Shown here one piece after another: positions 10,986 through 22,689 of a stretch of DNA of 39,797 bases; the first letter of the stretch is position 1; each line of letters opens with the position of its first letter. Source of the DNA: Octopus bimaculoides. Lineage: Eukaryota. Below the pieces are notes generated by a model. It had not been told where the DNA came from. It saw only the letters and a program-made list of their open reading frames with translations, and did not search any database. The position numbers and the translations under genes were made by a program. The DNA is taken from assembly GCF_001194135.2 (NCBI RefSeq), contig NC_068994.1, forward strand, positions 47,173,354 to 47,213,150, read 5' to 3'.

Positions 10986-12495
10986 GTAATTGGTCTATTG
11001 CTCTTAAACGAAAAAGAGGCAAAATAAAAAAAATCACAATCTCACAGTTAGTTATGCCATTCCCACACACATCTTTATTATTTTCATCTTCTCACTAGCA
11101 TGACTGCAGCCTCATGGCTGAAGCACACACAAGAATAAAAATAACATGCCTGGCACTCAGGGTGTTTGTTATGAATGCTTTCTGTGTCATTATCTCTTCT
11201 CTAATTCAGCTTTTAATTTTTCTAATCTGCTGGCTTAACATATATAACATTATATAGACAAACAGTTACTATATTGTTTTTTTTTGTTTTTTTAAATAAA
11301 ACCTATCCTGCAGCTGCATTGAGTTCAATCAAGCTGATTGGTTAAAAATATGATCCTCACTAGGTGAACCTTGAAAGTTATATATTTTTATCTAAAATAA
11401 ATAAGTGATTATGATTAATGATGGGGGAATATATTACAATAAACACTATGGCAACACTGGTTGACTTGCAGCATGCTAAAAGTTATTGTTTCCTACTTTA
11501 TCAATTCAATTCAGGACCCTTTTGCAAATAACATGTCATATGTCTATATTGTACTATTAATTAAACCCCTGTTTTTAAACAGACGTCCAGCATCTCACCT
11601 TTGAATGTCTTGTAATTCTGAACTTTTTATCACAACTAGCTTTGGTAGAAGCTGGTTCTATTATTATCAAAATTATCTGGAATTTCATTGATTTAAAAAT
11701 GTTTTTATTTTTGAAATGTTTATGTATTCTTCTCCTGCCTCTGCAGATTTATTTCTTCATTTGCTAAACAGTAACTATTTTACAGCAGTTCATATATGTA
11801 TGTGTATAGACGTATATGTGTTATTTTTTTTAAATGGTCTTGTTTTATTTAACTAAATCAATTACTTTTGTATGTCTATTTTAATAATATTACTGTTTTT
11901 TTTCTAGGCTAATCCAACAATTTTTCTGTATTTTAAATCCCTGCAACTTTTTTCCTTCTTTGTGAGAGGTCTAACATGTTTGTCAGCTTCACAGTACTTC
12001 ATACATATGTGTTTGTGCATATAAATGGAAGGAAAAGTACTCAGTACATAGGAGTTTCTTTATAGGTATAGCTGAATCTGTGTGCCAGTGAGTGTCTGAG
12101 GGACCTTATTAAAACAAAACCTGACAAGTCAACAGCGAGATGTTAAAACAAGCACAACATTTCATCTTGCTTTCTCTTTCCATCAAACAAAATCGGTCTG
12201 ACTCTTCACTTGAACATTATAGTTTTTATCAAATTCAACATGTTGCACCTATAATGAAGTTTATATATATATATATATATNNNNNNNNNNNNNNNNNNNN
12301 NNNNNNNNNNNNNNNNNNNNNNNNNNNNNNNNNNNNNNNNNNNNNNATATATTTGGTCAATCAAAATCTATCCCTCATTTCTCAGTAATGGTTCAATCTT
12401 CAAGTTTCCTTCTGTTTTTCTTCCCCCGACCCATTTTCTCCTCAAATAAATGTTTTGGAAATTAATTTAACACTTTTTCTTAGATATCTATTTAA

Positions 12496-12838
12496 CCCTT
12501 TCAGTCATAGATGAAAAAGTACAACTATTTTAAAATTTTATTTTTTATTTATATTAAAATACAAGGTAAATTAACACATATTGAGTAAACTTCCAAAGAA
12601 TTCAATATGCTTAATTTTTGACATGGATAAATAATTTTGCTAACACTAGGTAAAAATAATACTAATTTACTTACAACCTGCAGCCATCCTCTATGACTTG
12701 TATGCAAACACTGAGTCAGAATCACGTGGTCTTGGTTATATATGTGTTTTAGAGGTGTCCAATGAATTGGTAACTGTGACTCAATTATAATTTACACTGA
12801 AAAATTGTCCAATACATTGGACAAAGTGACTGAAAGGG
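12496..12838. mobile_element. piggyBac-type MITE
   Basis: TTAA-CCCTTTCAGTCA...TGACTGAAAGGG-TTAA: 12-bp perfect TIR with TTAA target duplication. Confidence 0.8.
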
Positions 12839-13844
12839 TTAATGATTTTTAGTGACCTTGTTTTGTATAGTAATTTTTATCATGGAACTATAAAGTAATA
12901 TCTGTCTCTCAAGATTGAATACCTGCCTTTTTGAGTCCAATTCTTCACTATGGTTAATGATGTATTTTATCTTCCTGATCAAATCTGTTTCTATGATCCA
13001 CCGTTTTTTTTTTGTTTTGATTTTTTAGTTTTGTAGTTTTATTACATCATGCAAGAAAAAACAACAGTACCTTGGTCTTTCTCTGATATGCCTTACCTTC
13101 TTAAATTGCTGAAATCAGTGTTATTGGTGTGTTTTAACTTGGACTTGAGAATTGGGACAGGAGTGATGCAGGACTTGAGGAAGAATGATCAGATAATGTA
13201 TATAGTGGAACACAATAGGCTGGAGGGAGAGAAAGTAAGACACTATTTGCTAGTTCAGAGGAGTTAAAATTGTTGTAGTAGTGGTAACAGAGACAGAAGG
13301 AGGGGCCACAGCATATTGCTGAGTTAATGATTGCAGCATGCTAATGAATACATGTTTGCTAGGCAGTTTTGGGATTGCGCCTTTATTCATGTCAGGGATC
13401 GATCTGTTGCATCCCAGATATATGCAATTTCCAATTGTTGGGAATTGCACTTGTCCCTTGTCAGCACTTTATCAACACCTTTTTTTTATTTATTTTTTTT
13501 TATTATTATTTTTTTTTTTTTATTTTTTTTTTTTATATATTTGTCTAGATCTGATGGTGAAGTCTATTTTCTGAAACGGTTTTAGTTAAGATTGGGGTTA
13601 CTAACTGCATCAACTTTGAAAAGAAAATTTTCAAAATAAGTTTGGAATTTGACATAATGATTTATATTGTGTTGTTGCTGGAATCCCCTGGTTATGTTGA
13701 TGTTGCTATCACTTTTTTCCCTTTTTTTTAAGTCTGGTATTTATTCTATCAGTCTCTTTTGCCAAACCACTAAATTACAGGGATGTAAACAAACCAAAAC
13801 TTCTTGTCAAGTGGTGCTAGGACACACACACACATACACAATGG

Positions 13845-14005
13845 GCTTCCACACAGTTTCTATCTACCAAAATTCACTCACAAGGCACTGGTCATCCTGG
13901 GAGCTATAGTAGAAGACGCTTACCCAAGGTGCCATATAGTGGGACTGAACCCAAAACCACATGGTTGCATTAGCAAACTTCTTAACCACACAGCCATTAC
14001 CTGTG
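13845..14005 (-). mobile_element. SINE family D
   Basis: GCTATAGTAGAAGAC...GTGGGACTGAACC...AACCACACAGCCA, the reverse of family D. Confidence 0.8.
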
Positions 14006-14862
14006 CCTCTAAGAGTTTACTCCCACCCCACCTGCCAAAGAAAATGTCTAAACAGTTATATATCAGAGGTTCACCAAACAATCACAAATCTAGTGGCACA
14101 ATGCTGATCTTGGTTAAAGATCAATTGTTTTCGGATGCAAATAATGACACTTACTGGAATTAATAAGTTAGTAACAGTTTTAGGTTTGCATGAATTGAAT
14201 TGGAAATGAAAACAGGTGTTGTTGCTGTGTTAGGAGATGAAGATGAAATAAGGATGGTTGATTTAGTTAAAGCTTGTTATTTGCTATGGAGCTCTTCCTC
14301 ATTACTCTTCCATGAAGGCTTGATCTTTTTTTTTAATCATCATAATCCTCATTATTATTAGTCTCTTTGTTTGTCCAGTAAGCTCTTAGACCACTACTAT
14401 GGACTGCCAAAGATTCTCACTCCATCTTTCTGCTGCTTCATTCCCTTCTGAGAAGAGATTGTCCATATTGATCTATTTGTTTGGTGCTATCTTTTTCCTG
14501 TCACTGTCTTCATCTTCATCTCCTTGCTTGCTTAGTTGTTTTCAGAAAACTATGTAGTCCCTGTCTCTCTTTGTCTCTTATACTACTATTACAACTGATC
14601 TTCTTCCTCTGTATACCATTTCTATCCAGATCCAACTTCTCTCATTACTCTCAACACCCTCTGCCTCTCCCACTAACTTTGTATTGTATTATTGTGTTGT
14701 ACACATTGCGACTCCTCATTACTCCTCTTCCTCCTGAGTTGATGGTGGGAGGTACAAAGAATATGGGACCTGCCCCTCTTCCTTAGGATGAAATAATTAA
14801 GCGAAAACAAAAGATAGCCTCTCTTACCTGTTAATGCAATGTTTCTAAAACGCAGAAACATA

Positions 14863-15025
14863 ATCATCATCATCATTGTTTAACGTCTGCTTTCCATGCT
14901 AGCATGGGTTGGACGATTTGACTGAGGACTGGTGAAACCGGATGGCAACACCAGCCTCCAATCTGATTTGGCAGAGTTTCTACAGCTGGATGCCCTTCCT
15001 AATGCCAACCACTCAGAGAGTATAG
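14863..15025 (-). mobile_element. Young family B retroposon 3' part, (GAT)n tail
   Basis: 3 mismatches over about 95 bp against the reverse complement of 16667-16765. Confidence 0.88.
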
Positions 15026-15304
15026 CCAACCACTCATCTGTTCAAAACACATTGAGGCTATGATTAGACCTTATTAATTAGCTTTGTAGTTGTTCTTTAT
15101 TTCCTAACAGTTGGAGAGGCTGATAAAAAACTAATCTCCTTAAAACCACTTCTCAGTTATGGATTAATCAGTAACCTGAGGATCTCTTATGTAGATGATG
15201 GAGGTGGAGTGCATCAATTCTAAGAAGCCCCTACCACATCAGTATAATAACTCTTTCCATAACTTCAACACATCAGCCTTTCTGTGGATATTTGACTAAG
15301 TAGT

Positions 15305-15630
15305 TCATTTCCTAACCACAAGTTCAGTTCCTCTGCTTGACACCTTAAGGAAGTGTCTTCTTCTGTAGACCTGGTCCGGCCAAAGCTTTGTGAATAGATT
15401 TGGTAGATGAAATCTGAAAAGAGTCTGTGTGTCCATGTGATGGCTGTAACCATTTCTAGGCTTTTGTAGAAACGTGTCCAACCAAGGGGAATTAGGTGCG
15501 GAAACCTTTCTTGGAAATAGGTGAGGGTTGTCAACCGGAAGAGCATCCAGCTTGAGGAAATCTGCCTCAATGAATTCCATTTGATACATGCGAGCATGGA
15601 AAAGGGGATATTAAAACAATAATGGTAGTG
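15305..15630. mobile_element. Family D (-) fragment joined to a family B-related (+) fragment
   Basis: AAGTGTCTTCTTCTGTAG/CCAAAGCTTTGTGA-type segment then GGAAGAGCATCCAGC...GCATGGAAAAGG tail; strand of each part tentative. Confidence 0.5.
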
Positions 15631-15871
15631 ATGATGGCCTCCATCGAATGTTCTCACTGCATTTTGTTATATAACATGCATGTTCAGAGAAAGATATGTA
15701 TCTGTTTCACACTCTTCGGAATACTATTGCAAGCATCTCGGCCCAAAACCAAAAGCATAGAACATCGCAAACACCTTGGTCCAAATTCAAAAGCTTTGAG
15801 GAAGTCAGTCAGTCAAGATGGGGGGGNNNNNNNNNNAAGAAGAAAATGACAAAACTGAAGATAATCTGAAC

Positions 15872-16146
15872 TAGGGGTTCTCAACCATTTTTTAATTCAT
15901 GGACCCCTTTGATTACTATTTTATTCTAGTGGACCCCCATAGCCATTCAATGTTTAAAAAGTAGTCTTATAGAAACTTTTTCCAAAATTCCAATTTTGTT
16001 TCTCACACATTAACTTGTGTAGGTTGAACTATGTAAAATGTTAGAAACAAAAAACAAACCTAGCTGTTTCTTGCAATACATATCAATACATATATCTAAA
16101 GTGAAATTTTGATATATGTTGCATGGACTCCAATTGAGAACTACTG
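15872..16146. mobile_element. hAT-type MITE, same family as 9610-9807
   Basis: TAGGGGTTCTCAACC...TTGAGAACTACTG termini; 8-bp flanks ATCTGAAC/ATCTAAAT match 6/8; shared ATGGACCCC and CCCCATAGCCAT. Confidence 0.75.
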
Positions 16147-16627
16147 ATCTAAATAAAACATGCAAAAGAAAAAAATAAAATGAAGTGTTCTTTACTACTT
16201 CTTATTTGTCTTGCGTCAACCCCAGTTTTGATTTTGTTTTGATTTTTGTTCTGTATTGGTAATGTGGTGAGGGAGTTGGAATTCATTATATTTTTCTTTA
16301 TTCCAGATAACAAACTTTTGGATATATTTCGTTTTCCCTTCTATTTAATTTCAATTTTTACTTTACAACTTAAATGTCATGCAATTTTGTCAATACACAG
16401 ATCAAGTCACTAGAGAGTATACATACACATATGTATACACACATATATTGCATACTTTTATTATTAATTTACTGGTTTTCATCACTGGGCTGTGGCCACG
16501 TTGGTGGATACCACCTTGTATAGTTTATTTACATCAATCCGAGTACTAATCTTTTATTCACCGGAAATTATTTTATCAGTCCCAGAACAATATAAGAGAA
16601 AGTGAACCTGAGTGAGATTTGAACTTG

Positions 16628-16666
<39 letters not shown>

Positions 16667-16671
<5 letters not shown>

Positions 16672-16765
16672 GCCTGGTGTTGCCATCCGGTTTCACCAGT
16701 CCTCAGTCAAATCGTCCAACCCATGCTAGCATGGAAAGCGGACGTTAAACGATGATGATGATGAT
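16667..16765 (+). mobile_element. Young family B retroposon, 5'-truncated, after (TA)n
   Basis: ...CCATGCTAGCATGGAAAGCGGACGTTAAAC(GAT)n; near-identical to the 14863 and 21474 copies. Confidence 0.9.
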
Positions 16766-16802
16766 CAGTGAAGCTAATCCTTTTTGTTTTTCTTATTTTC
16801 AG

Positions 16803-16902
16803 CTCCCTCTAGTTTTCCGAGTGCCTCCTTTGTTTCCGTCTCATCCCTCAGTGTGTTTTGTACAGGAGTCGCTTCTGGGCTTTGGCGACGTCATATTACC
16901 AG
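16803..16902 (+). CDS. SPPL2: SPPL2 exon with catalytic GxGD motif (LPLVFRVP...SLLGFGDVILPG)
   Basis: CTAAT branch-like motif (16774), pyrimidine tract, CAG acceptor, CAG|GTATGG donor; 100 nt phase 0/1; LGFGD motif. Confidence 0.97.
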
Positions 16903-17099
16903 GTATGGGTTGCCTCTCTCTCTCTCTCTCTCTCTCTCTATAAGAGGAATTATTCCTATATTCGATACAAATGTCCCACACTCCTCTTCAACTCGAGACC
17001 GGATTGCTTTCCTATCCAAGTTTGAACTTGTCAGGTGACTTCTAAAGAGGAAAATGCAAGCAGTGGTGGTTGGAGGAATTCCAGGAGAGTATAGTCGCA

Positions 17100-17500
17100 C
17101 ATTCTCCTGGAAAGGTTACTCAACTAATTGGCATGCAGTCACTTTCTGACAAGCTCCAGCCTTTGGCCCACAAAGGTACTGTGTCTACTCTCAGTTATTT
17201 TCCAATTGCTACGAGGGTCTCTGCTTCTCAAAGCTGGCTGGCCCCATGCCAGCTCCACTGAAGCACTCAACTGACTCATCTCTCCTCCTTTCATCATCCA
17301 CATTGTAGCCAACCCTGCCACCACAGGCCCACACTAACCGATATACTCAACCTTTTCTCCTCAGAATGTCAGCCCTCTTGAATTCCCACTCCCTTGCATC
17401 TTTCTTACTTGCAGTCATCAACTTGCCTCAGTTCATGCAAAACATTAACAGCATCAGTCTTGCCAGACTCGGAGATTATGGTCACTACCCCTCTCTCCAA
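17100..17500 (+). mobile_element. CR1/Jockey-group LINE ORF2 C-terminal remnant
   Basis: Peptides LQPLAHKGTVSTLSYF and NRYTQPFLLRMSALLNSH resemble the LSHRRxVASLSLF and RYSxSFFPRTxxLWNSL motifs; frameshifted. Confidence 0.6.
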
Positions 17501-17823
17501 GACCTCGCTAAAAGACATTGTTTGTTTATAACTCTGTTTGCCTTGATTGAGTAAATCTGTGATTGACAGCATTCTTGCCATGATAACCCTGTCCTTTTTG
17601 GGTATCATTTAAAAAAAACAAAAAAAAAAAAACTGCAGAGTATATTTGAGACAATTTGACTGCTGTTTCTAGCAAGTCAAATCATTATTAATAGTTCCCT
17701 AATTGTCTCACAAAGAGTTAAACTGTGAGTTAGAAATCGTTGTTTGAAGATGTAATACAACATAAATGTTAGACCTTGTTTTGATGTAGAAAGTATTTTA
17801 TATCGATGCTGTTCTCGTTACAG

Positions 17824-17901
17824 GTGTACTGGTTGTCTACAGTCATATTTTTGATATCTACGTCCGAGCAAAGAAACTCTATCTCATTATTTCTATTTGT
17901 G
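17824..17901 (+). CDS. SPPL2: SPPL2 exon (GVLVVYSHIFDIYVRAKKLYLIISIC)
   Basis: CAG acceptor, GTG|GTAAGC donor, 78 nt phase 1/1; aligns to the GLLIAYCRRFD...YYVSS region of SPPL2A. Confidence 0.93.
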
Positions 17902-18351
17902 GTAAGCATTGATAACTTTCTTTTCATTGAAACTGAATTTTAATTAGTTTGGTGGCTAATTAGTGGTGATGTTGCTTGGCTGCAAGTCACCCACCCCTCT
18001 TGTGTTTATTCTATCTTCATTATAAGTTATTATGTGCCTCATATTTTAAAGATTGTATAATGATTGTTATGATTTAGTTGCCACATTGAACAGATTTAGC
18101 AAATCTCTAAATCGGATTATGTAGTGATTGTGGAACTGACTCCAGAGGTCCCTGGTTTAAACACAGTATAGTTAGGTATGATTTAGCTGCTACATTGAAC
18201 AGGACAAATGACTGGCAGAATTCATAAAGTGTCAAACAAAATGACTTTTATGGTCTGAGTTCAAATCTTGCCAAGTACAAGTCAAGTACTGGAAGTCAGT
18301 TTAATATTCCTTTAAAGCATCCTAGATGTGAATAGAATTATAATTGCAAAG

Positions 18352-18480
18352 ATGCAGGTTTGGCTGTGTGGTTAAGTCCCAGTGCATGGCACTTTGCACA
18401 AGTGTCTTCTATAGCTCAGGCCCACCAAAGCCTTGTGAGTTGGATTTGGTAGATGGAAATTGTAAGAAGCTTGTCATGTA
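18352..18480 (+). mobile_element. SINE family D, internally deleted
   Basis: GGCTGTGTGGTTAAG head; CCAAAGCCTTGTGAGT.GGATTTGGTAGA. Confidence 0.78.
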
Positions 18481-18864
18481 TGTATTGATGTAACTGAATG
18501 TCACAAAGCATTTAGTCCACTGCCCTATCAATTCTGGCAACCCACCTTAATTTTGCAGTTCAATAATAATAAAATTGAACTACCATATTTTCTGGCATAC
18601 AAATCAAATTTTTCTGACAAATTTACAACCAAAAAAAAGATAGGTTAACTTCTACAATGAAGATGATTTAGGAGGACTAAAAATCTCATGTGAAATACAG
18701 CAAGATTTAGAAAGATAATGGTGAGGCTTGAATGTTTGCACTACATACTACATTGATTTGTATGCTGGAAAATACTGTAAAAGCTTATTTAGTTATCATT
18801 TTTGTCTGTTTCTTTATATGTATATTTATATATTTACTATTCTTTGATTTTTCTTTATCTTTAG

Positions 18865-19022
18865 GTTATTTACTTGGATTGCTTCTTGCCTTTGTTGCTT
18901 TAACTCTAATGCAAGCTGGCCAGCCAGCGTTGTTGTACCTTGTACCTACTGTGCTCTTGTCAGCTATCATTCCATCTTGTTGCCGAGGAGAATTTAGAGA
19001 AATGTGGACTGGAGATTTTTTG
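18865..19022 (+). CDS. SPPL2: SPPL2 exon with PAL motif (GYLLGLLLAFVALTLMQAGQPALLYLVP...EMWTGDFL)
   Basis: TAG acceptor, TTG|GTCAGT donor, 158 nt phase 1/0; GQPALLYLVP signature of the SPP/SPPL family. Confidence 0.97.
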
Positions 19023-19413
19023 GTCAGTTTGTTTTATCAATAAATCTTTGTGAGATGTGTGTGATATAATTTAACAGGCTCCAAAGAGATATGAATTGGT
19101 CAGCATGAGCAAGACTTGTACTATTTAGTAAAATTGACAAAAGAAGTAAACTTACATTACTATGTATGTATATGTACACAGACACACACACACACACACT
19201 CATACATATATGAAATTAAGCACTAACAACAAAAATGGATAAAAACAAAGTAAACAGAACACAATTAAAAATTCACTTTATCAGTTGTCTGCTGGCACCA
19301 TTGCAATTCTGATGTATAAGACACAGTTGCTATCACCCAGTGGCATTAGCAACATCCAGAAAGGGCTGCTTGGGAGTAATGCAAGGGAAACAAGATAATG
19401 GATATGCAAATTA

Positions 19414-20010
19414 TATTGCATCATCCCATAAATAATGCGTTTTTTTTAATGCTTCTTTTATTTTTCAAAATTAAGATAAACACAGTTCTTTTTTAATCTA
19501 AAATATACTCTTCCGAAATTCACTTGTCCGTGATGAAAAGTACTCCTCCATTACTGTTCTGACCTCGTCTACAGGATTCATATTTTTTCTGTCCAAATGA
19601 TTTTGAAGACTGCAGAATAAATGATAATCAGATGGGGCAATATCCGGTGAATATGGCAGGTGGGGCATCATTTCCCATTCAAACTGCTCCAGCCTTTGGA
19701 ATATCATCCTCACTGTATGTGGCTGAGCATTATCTTGATGGAAGCATATTTTTTTATCTTGAAACCAAAGATGGTCATTTTTCTTCTGGTGCTGACTTAA
19801 GCTGCTTGTAGTAGATCTCCTCTGTTATCGTTTGGTTTGGATTTAAAAGTTCAAAGTGGACTAAACCTTTCATATCCCACCAAACAGATAACAACACCTT
19901 ATGTGGGTGAAGAATTTTTTTTAGCCCAGGGTGTCGTGTTTCTCCTTTCCCTACCCACTGTCTTCAGCACTTGACATTTTATAGAGAACCCATTTCTTAT
20001 CATGAGTCAC
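19414..20010 (-). mobile_element. Decayed mariner (DD34D) transposon, catalytic domain to right end, 5'-truncated
   Basis: Minus-strand peptides VTHDKKWVLY, VLLSVWWDMKGLVHFELL, FHQDNAQPH and YSPDIAPSDYHLF, with 34 residues between D2 and D3; stops and frameshifts; probable TIR near 19414-19447. Confidence 0.92.
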
Positions 20011-20852
20011 TGGTTTTAACAACTTTTAAGAATTGGTGTAGGAAAACCTTAGAAATCAATTTTTAAAATCCTCAAAAACTAATTTAAAAAATAAAATCAC
20101 TAAAAATTAGCATAAAATATTTAATTTTGTAAAGGAAAATATGTTTGCTCTTCCTTATTTTGTATAAATTATCATTCACTACTATTCACAGGCTCCTGTA
20201 CGTTCCCTTCGGCCAAATCTTAAATGGTATTAAATAAACTTGCTTGGTTTAGTATTGCTTTCCAAGTATAATGGGTTCAAACTCAGGTCAGAAACAGTAC
20301 ACTACTTCAATGTGCCTCCCTCACACAACAGCTCAATGTAACCTTTGCACAAATAGCTTTTTCCATCCTTTCTTCCATACTAATGGTTCCCTAGATCATT
20401 GTACTGGCATGGAATATTCACTATGTACAGATATTGCTTGTATTTTTCTCTGTAGAGGAAGCTAAAAGCCAACTTGAGTGAATGGATTTATGTTGGTAGA
20501 AGGTATCACAGGACTATCTCATTTTACAGATCTTCTGTTCAACTCTGAAGTAGTTCCGTTTGGAACCAAAAAATACAATTGGTATTTTCTGCAATTCACA
20601 TTGCCTCAGTGAACTTGACATAACTCAAGAGAAAATAGTTTCAAACTAGACATTCCTCAACAAAAGATAGATTAGTAAATTAGAAAATAAAACTGCTTCC
20701 CACAGTTAAGGGTATTGGAATTTTGAGTGGTTATTCTACTCTTGCTTCAATTTACATAAATTGGGTGAGTAAGGCTACAGTAAGCAATCTGAAATGTACT
20801 GATGTCCTATCTAAGGGAAATTTTATATAAAAATGAAATGGAAATTGTAGTT

Positions 20853-21180
20853 GTGATACCCGTGCCAGTGGCATGTAAAAAGCACCATCCAAACGTGGCC
20901 GATGCCAGCGCCACCTTGACTGGCTTCCATGCCGGTGGCATGTAAAAAGCACCAACCGATCGTGGCCGTTGCCGTTGCCAGACTCTCCTGGCCCGTGCCG
21001 GTGGCATGTAAAAAGCACCCACTATACTCACGGAGTGGTTGGTGTTAGGAAGGGCATCTAGCTATAGAAACACTGCCAAATCAGACTGGAGCCTGGTGCC
21101 GCCTCCTGGCTTCCCAGACCCCAATAGAACCGTCCAACTCATGTTAGCATGGAAAACGGATGTTAAACGATGATGATGAT
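20853..21180 (+). mobile_element. Longer family B SINE with three internal 25-bp repeats
   Basis: (G/A)TGCC(A/G)GTGGCATGTAAAAAGCACC at 20862, 20929 and 20995; GTTAGGAAGGGCATC domain; (GAT)n tail. Confidence 0.85.
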
Positions 21181-21473
21181 CTCATCTGCTTAATGCTATG
21201 AATCTTGAACTAATCAAAAGTTCTGATGATCTCCTTGGTATTCAGGATACATTTAATCTGTTTTATTTACTATTGTCAAAGAAGCTAGATGGTTATGTGG
21301 TAATCATTCAGTCGAGGAGCTGCATTACTGAGATACAGAGTTACAAGTTCAAACTTTGTTAGAGCCATAATGTCACATGATTCGTTAAAAGGTGGTAAAA
21401 GGGACCCTCTGTTTTAGGGAGAAAAACTATGAAGTTCATGTTCCTCCTCCTTTTTCTTATTAAAAGCAATATA

Positions 21474-21625
21474 TCATCATCATCATCATCATCATCGTTT
21501 AACGTCCGCTTTCCATGCTAGCATGGGTTGGACGATTTGATTGAGGACTGGTGAAACCGGATGGCAACACCAGGCTCCAATCTAATTTGGCAGAGTTTCT
21601 ACAGCTGGATGCCCTTCCTAACGCC
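21474..21625 (-). mobile_element. Young family B retroposon
   Basis: 1 mismatch over about 99 bp against the reverse complement of 16667-16765. Confidence 0.9.
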
Positions 21626-22689
21626 AATTAGCAACAGAGGCAGTATTAATACTGATAGGTAACATTTACCTCCACTGAAATGTAGATGGTCTGTTAGAAC
21701 ACACTATACTGCAGTAGATACCATGAGAGAAATGCTCATATTGGTTTTTGGTACAAAATTCACTCCTGTTTACATCACTGGTGGAGATATAAATCCCTGC
21801 TGCCTCCAACATTGAGATAAACAAGAGGTGCATTTTTGCACCAAAAGCCAATATGAGAGTTTCTCTCTTGGTATCTACCACAGTATAGTTTGTTCCACAT
21901 TTCAATGGGGATAAATATTACCTTTCTCTTGTCTCCCATCCCCTTGAAAATTATTTGTATAAGAGAATTGAAGTGGCTTCAACCAGTTTTGAAATTATAT
22001 CCTGGCTTTTGGCTTGTTCTCCAGATTCCCTCTTGCTCAGCAGTGTTCATCGGTTGTTGTTATTGTGTAGCCCTAACTCCGCATTGATCAAGTAGTCCTG
22101 TGGCACGCAGGTCGTCAATCAACAACAAGGGAATCATCCACCACAGAGCTGCTGCTGGTGGTGTTTATGTGTAACCTTTAGTCAACTCTGATTGAGATTT
22201 ACAACTAAGTAGCTGTTGTAAAGCAGTCTTTTACCACTTCTGTATCTATCTTTTGATGACAGTCGTTTCTCTGATAGATATTGTTATATTCTGAAGTTGT
22301 CGACAGGGTGGTTCTATCTGGCATTGTACAACCCCACCACCACCACCACCATCATACAGTGTTATTATCTTCAAAAGGTTGGATTGTTATAGCATTCACT
22401 CAGTATCACAGTATGATTACTATATCAACACAGATACGACTATCAACACAGTCTACATGTACTCTCGACCTTCTACTGTCGACCAGCTACTGGTCTATTT
22501 ATAATGGCTGGTTACTACCACTTTTTACCAGGAGGGGTGTACAGTTTCACTATACAACAGTAGCATCAAGAATCCTTTGTTCCAGAAATACCATAGTGCA
22601 AATTCCATCATGCAGGAGGCATACTATACTCCCTCCACTTTCCAATTTATTTTTGTACACCTGTTGTTGTTTAACCCCAAATAGTGAAG

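Noticed and set aside
14380-14540. Possible RTE C-terminal remnant on the minus strand
   Set aside because: Resemblance too weak to call without an alignment.
20862-21019. Three 25-bp direct repeats with spacers of about 42 bp, CRISPR-like
   Set aside because: Eukaryotic intron, no cas genes, spacers resemble each other (CGTGGCCG.TGCC), and the array lies inside a SINE.
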